A DNA stretch of 52,885 bases from a virus (Duplodnaviria > Caudoviricetes). The stretch covers positions 1 to 52,885 of IMG/VR virus record IMGVR_UViG_3300037493_004106; one strand, given 5' to 3'. Position 1 is the first letter of the stretch. Every line of letters begins with the position of its first letter. Both the position numbers and the translations under genes were made by a program. The notes below the pieces were generated by a model. It ran no database searches. It was not told the origin of the DNA and saw nothing but the letters and a program-made list of their open reading frames with translations. Shown in pieces: positions 1-7,983 of the stretch.

Positions 1-107
1 TCTATTGAGAATATTGTGTACGATATAAAGATAAGTGATATTGTCCTAAGACTTTGTAAAGTTAGCGGAAATAAATGATATAGTCAAGAATCTAAACGTA
101 TTTAGGT

Positions 108-187
108 GACAACAAACGACTACAAATGGTTATATCGGATAATGTGATTGATAATGAGATAGAATAAGATATTATCCGTTTGTTGTC
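108..187. repeat. Interrupted inverted repeat / structured element upstream of the first early gene
   Basis: GACAACAAACG (108-118) is the reverse complement of CGTTTGTTGTC (177-187); CGGATAAT (136-143) pairs with ATTATCCG (171-178). Confidence 0.6.
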
Positions 188-227
188 GGCTAAACAAATA
201 CAATAATGTTTAGGAAAGACAAGTGAT

Positions 228-247
228 AAAGGGCTTTACTGTCCTTT
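228..247 (+). promoter_or_regulatory. Conserved early-region hairpin motif, copy 1
   Basis: AAAGGGC-TTTACT-GTCCTTT, 25 nt before ATG 273; same motif at 583, 844 and 5387. Confidence 0.6.
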
Positions 248-272
248 GATTATTAACCTAAAACTAAATGTT

Positions 273-572
273 ATGAAAAATCAATTCGCTGTTATCGTTC
301 CTGAGCAATTCGGGAACTTGAATGTTACAATCTTTGGAACAAACAACAATGTTGCAGAAGTAACCGAAAAACATCTTGTTACAAGCATTGATAATGCAAA
401 GGCTGTCATTAGACACAAAGCATTATCATTTGCAGACAAGATGAAGTTGAACAGACCGAGTATAACTATTGGAATCAATGAGGAATCATTAGAAGGCAAT
501 GGTAAATTACAAGGTCATATCAGCTTTGGTGAGGAGTGCAAGTATGATGGTACTTGGGAGTTACAGATGTAA
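273..572 (+). CDS. Hypothetical early protein
   Basis: ORF; ATG 273 follows an A-rich Bacteroidota-type initiation region (AAAACTAAATGTT). Confidence 0.75.
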   Translation: MKNQFAVIVPEQFGNLNVTIFGTNNNVAEVTEKHLVTSIDNAKAVIRHKALSFADKMKLNRPSITIGINEESLEGNGKLQGHISFGEECKYDGTWELQM

Positions 573-582
573 TAAACAGAAT

Positions 583-606
583 ACAAAGGGCTTTACAGCC
601 CTTTGT
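583..606 (+). promoter_or_regulatory. Conserved early-region hairpin motif, copy 2
   Basis: ACAAAGGGC-TTTACA-GCCCTTTGT, perfect 9-bp stem, followed by AAAAACTAAATAGTT-ATG. Confidence 0.65.
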
Positions 607-630
607 TTATTAATTAAAAACTAAATAGTT

Positions 631-801
631 ATGCATAAAAATTTAAAGATTAATCTACATCGTGGATTGATTGAAGATAAAGAAAAACTTTACTTCAAAA
701 TTCAAAACATGAAATCCTTCATTTTACTAAACAAGTATAAGGGTGCTTTTGTGCCCTTTGCTTTGTTTTTTAGGTTTACAAAGATAGCATTGGGAGAGTA
801 G
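631..801 (+). CDS. Small hypothetical early protein (56 aa, not in ORF track)
   Basis: ATG 631 to TAG 801, MHKNLKINLHRGLIEDKEK...; same leader architecture as neighbouring genes. Confidence 0.5.
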   Translation: MHKNLKINLHRGLIEDKEKLYFKIQNMKSFILLNKYKGAFVPFALFFRFTKIALGE

Positions 802-843
802 CATACATGATTCATTATGCTCACAACTGGACAACAGAGTTTT

Positions 844-861
844 AGGGCTTTGTTGTCCTTT
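844..861 (+). promoter_or_regulatory. Conserved early-region hairpin motif, copy 3
   Basis: AGGGC-TTTGTT-GTCCTTT, followed by a second hairpin TTGTTAC/GTAACAA (865-884) and ATG 901. Confidence 0.55.
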
Positions 862-900
862 GTTTTGTTACAATGTCGTAACAATTAAAAACTAAAACAA

Positions 901-1500
901 ATGAGTAATTTAAAAACATTATTGGCGAAACGTCAATCAGGTGAGGCTAAATCAACCGTTCAATTGAATCAATCAGGTAACGTAAAAATCGTTTCCGTTG
1001 AATCAGAAGTTTCACAAAAAGGAAATGGAATGATTGTAATGGTTGTTGAAGAAGAACTTGGTTTGAAACTTCAAAAGAAAGAATTCATGAGAACTTCTCA
1101 GGTGAAATACTTAGAAGGATTCAGAAAGAAGATGAACTTGTTATTGGAATTCAATAAGATTCCAGCACCAACTGTTCAAACTCCATTCGCTTTTGTTCTT
1201 GACGCTAATAAAGAACCGATTACAATCAACGCTGAATTAAAAGGCGAAGAATTATCGGCTGAATTAAAGCGTACCAAAGAAGAACTTGGTTCGGATGAAT
1301 TCATTACGGTTACAGATGAAACGGGTACTAAATTCCGAGTATTGGTAGTTGTTGACGAGTCAGCAATTCCAGCTTACAACGAGGCTTATGCAAATGCATT
1401 GAAACAATGTATCGGTAAGAGTTTCTATTTGGAATTGAAGGAAAAAGATTCACAAGGTTATTGGAAGACATTCTATTTACCTCGTAAATCAGCGAAATAA
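901..1500 (+). CDS. Hypothetical early protein, possibly nucleic-acid binding
   Basis: 199-aa ORF with A-rich leader, followed by two hairpins. Confidence 0.8.
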   Translation: MSNLKTLLAKRQSGEAKSTVQLNQSGNVKIVSVESEVSQKGNGMIVMVVEEELGLKLQKKEFMRTSQVKYLEGFRKKMNLLLEFNKIPAPTVQTPFAFVLDANKEPITINAELKGEELSAELKRTKEELGSDEFITVTDETGTKFRVLVVVDESAIPAYNEAYANALKQCIGKSFYLELKEKDSQGYWKTFYLPRKSAK

Positions 1501-1507
1501 GGATAAA

Positions 1508-1570
1508 AGAGGGCAGAAATGCCCTCTCCTTTATATTGTACTTTGTATTACTTCGTAATACATTTTTTTT
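1508..1570 (+). terminator. Tandem hairpins / intrinsic terminator
   Basis: AGAGGGCA-GAAA-TGCCCTCT (1508-1527), then TGTATTAC-TTC-GTAATACA (1544-1562) followed by T8. Confidence 0.7.
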
Positions 1571-1586
1571 ATAAATCCTTGATTCT

Positions 1587-1644
1587 CGCTTACCCATAAT
1601 GCTTACGCATAACGCTTACCGATAACGCTTAACCATTATGCTTA
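1587..1644. repeat. 13-bp imperfect tandem repeat (about 4.5 copies), iteron-like
   Basis: CGCTTACCCATAA, TGCTTACGCATAA, CGCTTACCGATAA, CGCTTAACCATTA, TGCTTA. Confidence 0.85.
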
Positions 1645-1775
1645 AAAACACAAAAGCTCTCTTGAAATGCTTTGCAAAACGCTTATCAGCCCACGTTTTT
1701 CAGTCGGGTTCTATCAGGGGGAGTGGCGCCAGACAATGTATTTATGTAATATGTAACCAACAAAAAATCAAATAT

Positions 1776-2357
1776 ATGAAAAGAATGAATTGTATTATTG
1801 TAATACTCATTGGAGTATTCATTGGAATGAGTAAAAACTCAAAAGCTACTATGGTAATGACCGATCCTGGTCCTACATCTCATTATAGTCAATATTCAGA
1901 TAGAGGTCTTCGAGGAAAAGTCATTAATAATGAACTATTAAAAGAAATTAAGACTGATGAACAAATTGTATTTACTGCAGGATCTGAAAAAAGAATTAAT
2001 GAAGGATGGACAAGATACTTGATAGTAAGCATTATGTTTATTGTATTAATTAAATTCTGGATTGCTGAAATTGCAAGAAGAAAAGCTAATAAGATAACAA
2101 AGTATCTTGTATTACATGCTATGCATTTCAATCTTGATTATCAATTAGCTAGTTTAATTTATCAAAGAAATTACTTGGATGAAACTGGACCTAAACAGTT
2201 ATTCTTTTTGTTTAGCTATAAACAATTGATTTCCAAGGATGATTTAAAAAGCTATAAAAAAATACAACATGATATAAATCAGAGTAGTATAAAAAAGAGC
2301 TTTGATAAAACAAATTGGCAAGAGATCAGAAACAGTTTGCACATTCAAGGAATTTAG
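1776..2357 (+). CDS. Membrane protein (N-terminal signal/TM plus internal TM)
   Basis: Likely start ATG 1776 (MKRMNCIIVILIGVFIG) after A-rich leader; second hydrophobic segment YLIVSIMFIVLIKFWIA. Confidence 0.7.
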   Translation: MKRMNCIIVILIGVFIGMSKNSKATMVMTDPGPTSHYSQYSDRGLRGKVINNELLKEIKTDEQIVFTAGSEKRINEGWTRYLIVSIMFIVLIKFWIAEIARRKANKITKYLVLHAMHFNLDYQLASLIYQRNYLDETGPKQLFFLFSYKQLISKDDLKSYKKIQHDINQSSIKKSFDKTNWQEIRNSLHIQGI

Positions 2358-2427
2358 ATCTATTAGATTTATTATGTCTGTTTACCCAAAAAGAATTAAC
2401 TCAAAAACCAACCAAAACTATAAGGAA

Positions 2428-2838
2428 ATGAATGCAAATTTAAAGGAACAGTTATTTGCTCGTCAGAGCGGTAATTTTATGGCTAAAACCCTACAGCCAT
2501 CAACACTTCAAGGATTGAAAGAAGTATTAGAATCACGTCCAAAGAAAGAATTAAATGAACGCACAAAGATGAAAATTCAAGTATTCAAAAACCTGGAAAA
2601 AATCATTGAAATGAAGAAAATGACAGTCAAAAGAAGTGCAGATAAAAGAAGAATTGAATCAGTTATTGTTTCTGTTGCTGGCTTTCCAGTTCCATTCAAA
2701 CCAATCGTAAATTACGATGGAAAACTAGAAATGATTAGTCTTTCAGAGAATGGATTCTTTAAAGGAGTTAGATTCTGGGGCAATGAATTATTTGGACACC
2801 ATGTAAATTTTGTAGCTAAAAACTTTGAAGTATGTTAA
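2428..2838 (+). CDS. Hypothetical basic early protein
   Basis: Likely start ATG 2428 (MNANLKEQLFARQSG); the track start overlaps the previous gene. Confidence 0.7.
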   Translation: MNANLKEQLFARQSGNFMAKTLQPSTLQGLKEVLESRPKKELNERTKMKIQVFKNLEKIIEMKKMTVKRSADKRRIESVIVSVAGFPVPFKPIVNYDGKLEMISLSENGFFKGVRFWGNELFGHHVNFVAKNFEVC

Positions 2839-3041
2839 GTCCAGAATTAGAATTTGAACGGGTAACAAATGGATTGTTGCCCGATTTCGACCTTCAAGAA
2901 TTTAAGGATTGTGATGAAAAACTGTATCAAGCGATAATTGAAACGGTTCGATTATTTGGTGAACTGAAATACCATGAAGGTGTTCAAGATGCCACCACTG
3001 CTGCTATTAATGTAATCAGAAATCACGGTTTAGATGATTAA
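2832..3041 (+). CDS. Hypothetical protein
   Basis: ORF coupled by short overlaps to both neighbours. Confidence 0.65.
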   Translation: MLSPELEFERVTNGLLPDFDLQEFKDCDEKLYQAIIETVRLFGELKYHEGVQDATTAAINVIRNHGLDD

Positions 3042-3216
3042 ACTCAAATTTATATGGATGTTACTCACTCATATAGTAACGCCACAGGAAGAGCATGAAG
3101 GAAGGCAAATGTATAACATCTGTTTTAAAGATGGAACTACAATTGAATATGCTTATAAGGAAGAAGTTTTAGAATACATTAAAACTGGTACTTTTAAGTA
3201 CAATGAAGACTTTTAA
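3034..3216 (+). CDS. Hypothetical protein
   Basis: ORF overlapping the previous stop. Confidence 0.65.
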   Translation: MIKLKFIWMLLTHIVTPQEEHEGRQMYNICFKDGTTIEYAYKEEVLEYIKTGTFKYNEDF

Positions 3217-3220
3217 ATAA

Positions 3221-3309
3221 TATTTACGATATGTCAGGCTAAACTACCATCCTGTAACCAGCGTAGTTTTATCGTAAATAAATCAAGGATCGGGGCAACC
3301 CGGTCCTTT
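3221..3309 (+). ncRNA. Candidate structured intergenic RNA: bulged stem plus GNRA hairpin
   Basis: TATTTACGATA/TATCGTAAATA (11 bp) enclosing AAACTAC/GTAGTTT (7 bp); then AAGGATCGGG-GCAA-CCCGGTCCTT. Confidence 0.45.
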
Positions 3310-3324
3310 ACTAATTAAAAACAT

Positions 3325-3501
3325 ATGGAAAAACTTAAAGAATTTATTCAACAATCAATTAAAGAAAATCCTGATTATGCAGAAGAGATAACAGATTTAT
3401 TTGAATTATGTAAAGATGAAATTGAATCTGGAGAATCAAAAGAAAATGAAATTCAATTATGCTATTCTTCAATTTATGAATTACTAGAAAAACATTCATA
3501 A
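3325..3501 (+). CDS. Small acidic protein (58 aa, not in ORF track)
   Basis: MEKLKEFIQQSIKENPDYAEEITDLFELCKDEIESGES...; A-rich leader. Confidence 0.7.
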   Translation: MEKLKEFIQQSIKENPDYAEEITDLFELCKDEIESGESKENEIQLCYSSIYELLEKHS

Positions 3502-3590
3502 TGAACGATTACCAACGCAGTTTATTTTGGACAAATTTCAACTGGGATTTGTACAATAAATATTTAAGAATTAAATATCAAAATCTATAA
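3501..3590 (+). CDS. Small aromatic-rich peptide (29 aa)
   Basis: TAATG stop/start coupling; MNDYQRSLFWTNFNWDLYNKYLRIKYQNL. Confidence 0.45.
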   Translation: MNDYQRSLFWTNFNWDLYNKYLRIKYQNL

Positions 3591-3609
3591 CAATTAAAAA
3601 CAAAACAAA

Positions 3610-3879
3610 ATGGAAAACAAGAAAATCACAATCGAATCCGTCACTCAGGAGATGGTCAAGAACCAGGACGGTAAAGATGAATCTTGTGTGGTTGCTAAAA
3701 TCAAAGGAACTAAGAAGCCGATGATTTTGAACAAGACCAATATGAAAATCATCACGAAGGTCTTGGAAACTCCATTCATTGAAGATTGGACAGGCAAATC
3801 AATCATTATCTATTCCGCAAAAATCCGAGCATTCGGAGAATCAGTCGAAGCTTTACGAGTTAAAAACCAACAATCATGA
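3610..3879 (+). CDS. Phage protein of unknown function
   Basis: KPMILNKTN...IEDWTGK...ALRV pattern that I recall from other phage proteins. Confidence 0.75.
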   Translation: MENKKITIESVTQEMVKNQDGKDESCVVAKIKGTKKPMILNKTNMKIITKVLETPFIEDWTGKSIIIYSAKIRAFGESVEALRVKNQQS

Positions 3880-4160
3880 CAATAACAAGAGATGAAATGA
3901 TGGTTTTGTTAAAAGAAAAATATCCAAAGATGTTTTTAAAAACAACTGAAGAATTTAATAATGCAGAAAATGGTATTTGGACTAATTCAGAAAATGCTTC
4001 TGCAAAAGATGGATGGCCATTATTTAATTACTATGCAGAAGACATACAAGAAAAAAGATATATAATTGGTGTTCATAAAGAAATTTATAATTTCCTTGAT
4101 AAACATAAATGGTATGCAGAATGGTATGATTCAGAAACTATAATGATATGGGAAATCTAA
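3876..4160 (+). CDS. Hypothetical protein
   Basis: ATGA-coupled ORF, aromatic-rich (WYAEWYD). Confidence 0.75.
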   Translation: MTITRDEMMVLLKEKYPKMFLKTTEEFNNAENGIWTNSENASAKDGWPLFNYYAEDIQEKRYIIGVHKEIYNFLDKHKWYAEWYDSETIMIWEI

Positions 4161-4170
4161 AAACAAAAAA

Positions 4171-5361
4171 ATGAGTAAAGAAAAACAATTTAATAGTTAC
4201 CTCAGCAAAAGAATTGTTGAATTAGTAGATACTTCATGCGAGATTATCTTGATAGAAGTAAAAAACAAATTCAATGAAATGTTTCCTATAAAGGAAACAA
4301 AATCAAAACTTCCGAAAATTAATTTTTGGACTAACCTTAAAGACCTTTGTTCTGTTGTTGAACCAAATTGTGTATTGCCTTCAATTGAAAATGCATTCCT
4401 TGCCAAAGATGGTATTCTTACCTCAACAAATCTAAATCTTTATTATCAATTACAAACTAATATTATTGGAAAGGAAGCAATAATTCCTATATCAATATTA
4501 AAGAATGTAAAGAATGAAGAAAATATATTGGATGTGCTATTTGATAATGATAATTGTAAAGGTATATTGATAACCGATCAAAGAGAAATGATATTTACTT
4601 CATGTCCTATAAGTGATTTTCCAATTGCTCCGCATGAATACCATTCAAAGCATCAATTTGATTTAACTACAGAAGACTATCTCAATACTAAGAAGTTATT
4701 TCACTTTACAGCAAAAGAGGAACTTCGACCAGTAATGAATGGTATTTTATTTGGGGAAGAATTAGTTGCAACAGATGCTAACAGATTGATGTGGTTTAAA
4801 ACAACGTCTGATATGCATAATAGTTCATTTGTTATTGATAGAAAACATATTCCTCATTTATTCCCTGGACTAATGAATACATTGTACAGTATGAGTAATG
4901 CTGTTGCTATTGATTCTAATAATTGGGTTACTTTAGAGGATAATGGAAGAAAACTTTGGATTAGATTAACTGATGGAAAATATCCAAATTACCGAGCAGT
5001 CATTCCTAAAATATATGATTGTCCTATCACTGTTTCCATGAATAAGAAAAAGTTAATATCTGCTATTCAAGATTTACTTCCGTTCTGTAATCAGACTACC
5101 AACAAAGTTGATTTTACTATAAGACATGATTCATCAGACGTAATTATTTACGCTTGCGATCTTGATTATGGAAAGGAATTAACAATGAAAGTTAAGAAGG
5201 AAAGTTCTTTAGGAGATATAATAATTGCTTGTAATGGAAAACTTATGCTAAGTATTTTAAAGCAAATAGATGATGATATCATTACATTTTCAATGAGTAG
5301 TCCTAGCAGATGTATTCTTATAAATGAAAATTCTTTAGTGATGCCAGTAATGTTAGAATAA
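4171..5361 (+). CDS. dnaN: DNA polymerase III beta-subunit (sliding clamp)-like protein
   Basis: Beta-clamp hallmarks RPVMNGI, VATDANRL, DGKYPNYRAVIP and C-terminal LVMPV; about 400 aa. Confidence 0.85.
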   Translation: MSKEKQFNSYLSKRIVELVDTSCEIILIEVKNKFNEMFPIKETKSKLPKINFWTNLKDLCSVVEPNCVLPSIENAFLAKDGILTSTNLNLYYQLQTNIIGKEAIIPISILKNVKNEENILDVLFDNDNCKGILITDQREMIFTSCPISDFPIAPHEYHSKHQFDLTTEDYLNTKKLFHFTAKEELRPVMNGILFGEELVATDANRLMWFKTTSDMHNSSFVIDRKHIPHLFPGLMNTLYSMSNAVAIDSNNWVTLEDNGRKLWIRLTDGKYPNYRAVIPKIYDCPITVSMNKKKLISAIQDLLPFCNQTTNKVDFTIRHDSSDVIIYACDLDYGKELTMKVKKESSLGDIIIACNGKLMLSILKQIDDDIITFSMSSPSRCILINENSLVMPVMLE

Positions 5362-5386
5362 GTTTAATGTTAAATAATTAATGTCT

Positions 5387-5404
5387 GGGGCTTTCGGGCC
5401 CTTT
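5387..5404 (+). promoter_or_regulatory. Conserved early-region hairpin motif, copy 4
   Basis: GGGGC-TTTCGG-GCCCTTT, 17 nt before ATG 5422. Confidence 0.55.
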
Positions 5405-5421
5405 ACATTTAATTTATATTT

Positions 5422-5757
5422 ATGGAATTTAAACCTACAGATAGATTTTTACCAATCAGCGTTTATCGTTTCCCTCTCGGCTCATGCGGAGGTATTACCG
5501 ATTTACTTGAAACAATTTACATTCCTTGCCCTACAGGGAGTTATACATTTGAAGAAGTGGAAGACCATTTAATTTTCTATGAAGAAAAGCGTGGTGAAGA
5601 ATACTGGGCTTTAAAACCGTATCAAGAACCTAAAGGAATGATTGGACCAATGGCTGGAGGAAACTTAGCGTACTGCTCTGATTCACGTTGTAAAAGAGTT
5701 TATCATATACATGATAGATTTGAAACCGAAGAACAATATAATTCAAATTCAAATTAA
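5422..5757 (+). CDS. Hypothetical phage protein
   Basis: ORF with GPMAGGN...SDSR...IHDRFE pattern. Confidence 0.8.
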   Translation: MEFKPTDRFLPISVYRFPLGSCGGITDLLETIYIPCPTGSYTFEEVEDHLIFYEEKRGEEYWALKPYQEPKGMIGPMAGGNLAYCSDSRCKRVYHIHDRFETEEQYNSNSN

Positions 5758-5758
5758 T

Positions 5759-6238
5759 ATGAGAAGTGTTCAAGAAATCCTATTTACTACAGAAGAATTA
5801 CTAACAGTTAATGAAGTAGAAATTCATTACAAAAAAAAATCAAAAGTTAATTACAAAATTAAAAGTTCTCAAGATGCATACATGCTTTTTAAAACATTGT
5901 ATGATGATTATACAATGGAACATAAAGAATTCTTTTGGGTAGCTTATACAAATAGAGCTAATAAAGTTATTTCGTGCATGAAGTTATCTGAAGGAGGTAT
6001 TGCTGGTACAGTAGTTGAAGTAAGTCATATTTTGCAACCTGCTATTCTTTCTAATGCTTCCGGAATTATTTTATGTCATAATCATCCGAGTGGAAATCTT
6101 AATGCTTCTGAACCTGATAAAGTAATTACAAAAAAGATTCAAGAAGCATGTAAATTTTTCGATATATCAGTTTTAGATCACTTAATCATAACACATGAAA
6201 ACAGATACTACTCATTCCAAGATGAAGGAATCCTTTAA
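5759..6238 (+). CDS. radC: RadC-like JAB/MPN domain protein
   Basis: E...HNHPSG...SEPD...VLDHLII JAB metal-binding motif; likely start ATG 5759. Confidence 0.9.
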   Translation: MRSVQEILFTTEELLTVNEVEIHYKKKSKVNYKIKSSQDAYMLFKTLYDDYTMEHKEFFWVAYTNRANKVISCMKLSEGGIAGTVVEVSHILQPAILSNASGIILCHNHPSGNLNASEPDKVITKKIQEACKFFDISVLDHLIITHENRYYSFQDEGIL

Positions 6239-6431
6239 TATTCTTTCTCCTGATGGATTTCCTATCAATAGAAATAAAGAATACAAAACAGAAAAAGAAG
6301 CATGGGAAACGTGCGATAAATGGATCGAAGGCTATAAACATCAAGGTTATTATTCTACTTTCAGAAATGGCCAAAGATATAAAATGCCTATTGAAGAAAT
6401 AAAAGAAAATTGTACATTAATCAAAAATTAG
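6195..6431 (+). CDS. Hypothetical protein
   Basis: ORF (start may be ATG 6222); FNILSPDGFPI...QGYYS. Confidence 0.7.
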   Translation: MKTDTTHSKMKESFNILSPDGFPINRNKEYKTEKEAWETCDKWIEGYKHQGYYSTFRNGQRYKMPIEEIKENCTLIKN

Positions 6432-6432
6432 T

Positions 6433-6522
6433 ATGGCAAAAATTTATGATAATAGACAGTCAACATCTTTTGGACTGGAAGGTGTTGACCAAGCTCGACT
6501 AATGCAGAGGGAATTATATTAA
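6433..6522 (+). CDS. Possible 29-aa peptide overlapping a 14-bp G-U-rich hairpin
   Basis: ATG 6433 to TAA 6522 fills the gap; hairpin 6459-6489. Confidence 0.3.
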   Translation: MAKIYDNRQSTSFGLEGVDQARLMQRELY

Positions 6523-6541
6523 TCATTAAATAAACTAAACA

Positions 6542-6910
6542 ATGAAAATATTTACTTTTACAGTATACACCTTAATCCTTAGTCATAATCCTTGTGATGT
6601 GTTTGAGTTTTACAATGTAACAGAAATGCATGGTCTTAACCTTGCTGATTGTGAGAATTATAACAACACTACTGAAGATGCTTATATAGCAGGTTTATCT
6701 AATGTATCTCCTATTGATGGTAAACAATTTGTTTTTATAAATCTAAGTAGATGTACTGATGATGCAAAAACATTTGGTTTAGTTATGCATGAAATGATGC
6801 ATCTATCCCTTGACTTACATGGTAATAATTTATCTCAAGAAGAAGAAATTATTACATGGGCAGAGCTAGAAAGCTATAAAATATTTGAATTAGTAAACCA
6901 ATTAAATTAA
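6542..6910 (+). CDS. Small zincin-like metallopeptidase
   Basis: HEMMH (HExxH) motif with downstream EE. Confidence 0.7.
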   Translation: MKIFTFTVYTLILSHNPCDVFEFYNVTEMHGLNLADCENYNNTTEDAYIAGLSNVSPIDGKQFVFINLSRCTDDAKTFGLVMHEMMHLSLDLHGNNLSQEEEIITWAELESYKIFELVNQLN

Positions 6911-6916
6911 ATAAAT

Positions 6917-7141
6917 ATGAACTATCTAATTAATTACCAGCAATTAAACACAGATGAACTTCAAAGAAAAGAAAAGTTTCTTAATGATCAGATTGATGAA
7001 ATATCTAATGTGATTGATGAAGTACCAGAGTTTAGTGAAATCTATTATGATTTTAAAAGAGAATTATCTGAACTTAAGTATGAAGTGCAATATATCACCG
7101 GGTTAATTAGTAAGAAATTAAATACCCCGCAAGAATCATGA
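6917..7141 (+). CDS. Hypothetical coiled-coil protein
   Basis: ORF with heptad-like acidic helices. Confidence 0.7.
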   Translation: MNYLINYQQLNTDELQRKEKFLNDQIDEISNVIDEVPEFSEIYYDFKRELSELKYEVQYITGLISKKLNTPQES

Positions 7142-7266
7142 ACTCACTCTATTTTATTAATCAGCATGGAATCCTTACTTCAAACCATGGTTTTGAGGTA
7201 CTTGGAATCAAATCCTATACAAGAGAACAAAACTTCGAAACACTATTATTCCTAATAAAAATCTAA
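7138..7266 (+). CDS. Small hypothetical protein (42 aa)
   Basis: ATGA coupling to previous gene; MNSLYFINQHGILTSNHGFEV... Confidence 0.45.
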   Translation: MNSLYFINQHGILTSNHGFEVLGIKSYTREQNFETLLFLIKI

Positions 7267-7270
7267 AAAC

Positions 7271-7447
7271 ATGAAAAGAACAAACAACAAAAGCAAGGTG
7301 TTATTAATAACCCTTCTAACATTTATAGTTGCTATTACAGCAATTAAGGCTCTTGGATATATATTCGGGCCTGTTACAGCATTTGCAGCTGCTATGTGTA
7401 TGCTACCTCTGTTAGCTATATATATCAGCGTAATTAAAACCAATTAA
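7271..7447 (+). CDS. Small two-TM membrane protein (58 aa, not in ORF track)
   Basis: MKRTNNKSK followed by two hydrophobic segments; co-oriented with the operon. Confidence 0.65.
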   Translation: MKRTNNKSKVLLITLLTFIVAITAIKALGYIFGPVTAFAAAMCMLPLLAIYISVIKTN

Positions 7448-7458
7448 TCTAGTAAATA

Positions 7459-7926
7459 ATGAATCAAACAAATGTAATTATTACACAAGAACAGTTTGGT
7501 CCTTTATTATCAAGCTGCTTAAAAAATAATCCCAAATGTTCAGAACATATATATTATCTATTTAGTCTAAAACTATTTGATAGATATAAATATGCAGATT
7601 TGGGTGTTACTCATGTCCTCTACTATTTACTTGATCCAAATCCTATCAGTCCTAAAAAACTTGAAAAGGATTATGCAGAAAATGCAAAAGTATTAATACC
7701 CGTAGATATGGTAAAAAACTCAATAAAATTAAATCTTGAAGATGTCCTTAAAAATCCTAAATATAGTTATCAAGGTAACATAATAGGAACCATAGGATAT
7801 GACACCATATATAAAGAACATAGCAAAATAATAATTTCAGTTGATGAGGAATATAGTATATACCCATCATTCCATGAACTTATTACTCGTATTATTCCTT
7901 ATGATGATAAAGATTTATTTGGATAG
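7459..7926 (+). CDS. Hypothetical protein
   Basis: 155-aa ORF. Confidence 0.7.
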   Translation: MNQTNVIITQEQFGPLLSSCLKNNPKCSEHIYYLFSLKLFDRYKYADLGVTHVLYYLLDPNPISPKKLEKDYAENAKVLIPVDMVKNSIKLNLEDVLKNPKYSYQGNIIGTIGYDTIYKEHSKIIISVDEEYSIYPSFHELITRIIPYDDKDLFG

Positions 7927-7955
7927 GCAGGAACCATAGTCCATGCAATCATATG

Positions 7956-7983
7956 AAAGGGTAGATTTATTTCTACCCTTTTT
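7956..7983 (+). terminator. Intrinsic terminator
   Basis: AAAGGGTAGA-N6-TCTACCCTTT plus T-run. Confidence 0.7.

Noticed and set aside
1587-1644. CRISPR-like array
   Set aside because: Units are contiguous 13-mers with no unique spacers, and no cas operon is visible
1700-1740. GC-rich patch resembling a tRNA fragment
   Set aside because: No cloverleaf or T-loop could be built; no tRNA recognised anywhere in the window
7252-7443. Minus-strand 63-aa hydrophobic ORF
   Set aside because: Shadow of the co-oriented + strand ORF 7271-7447, which has a proper leader
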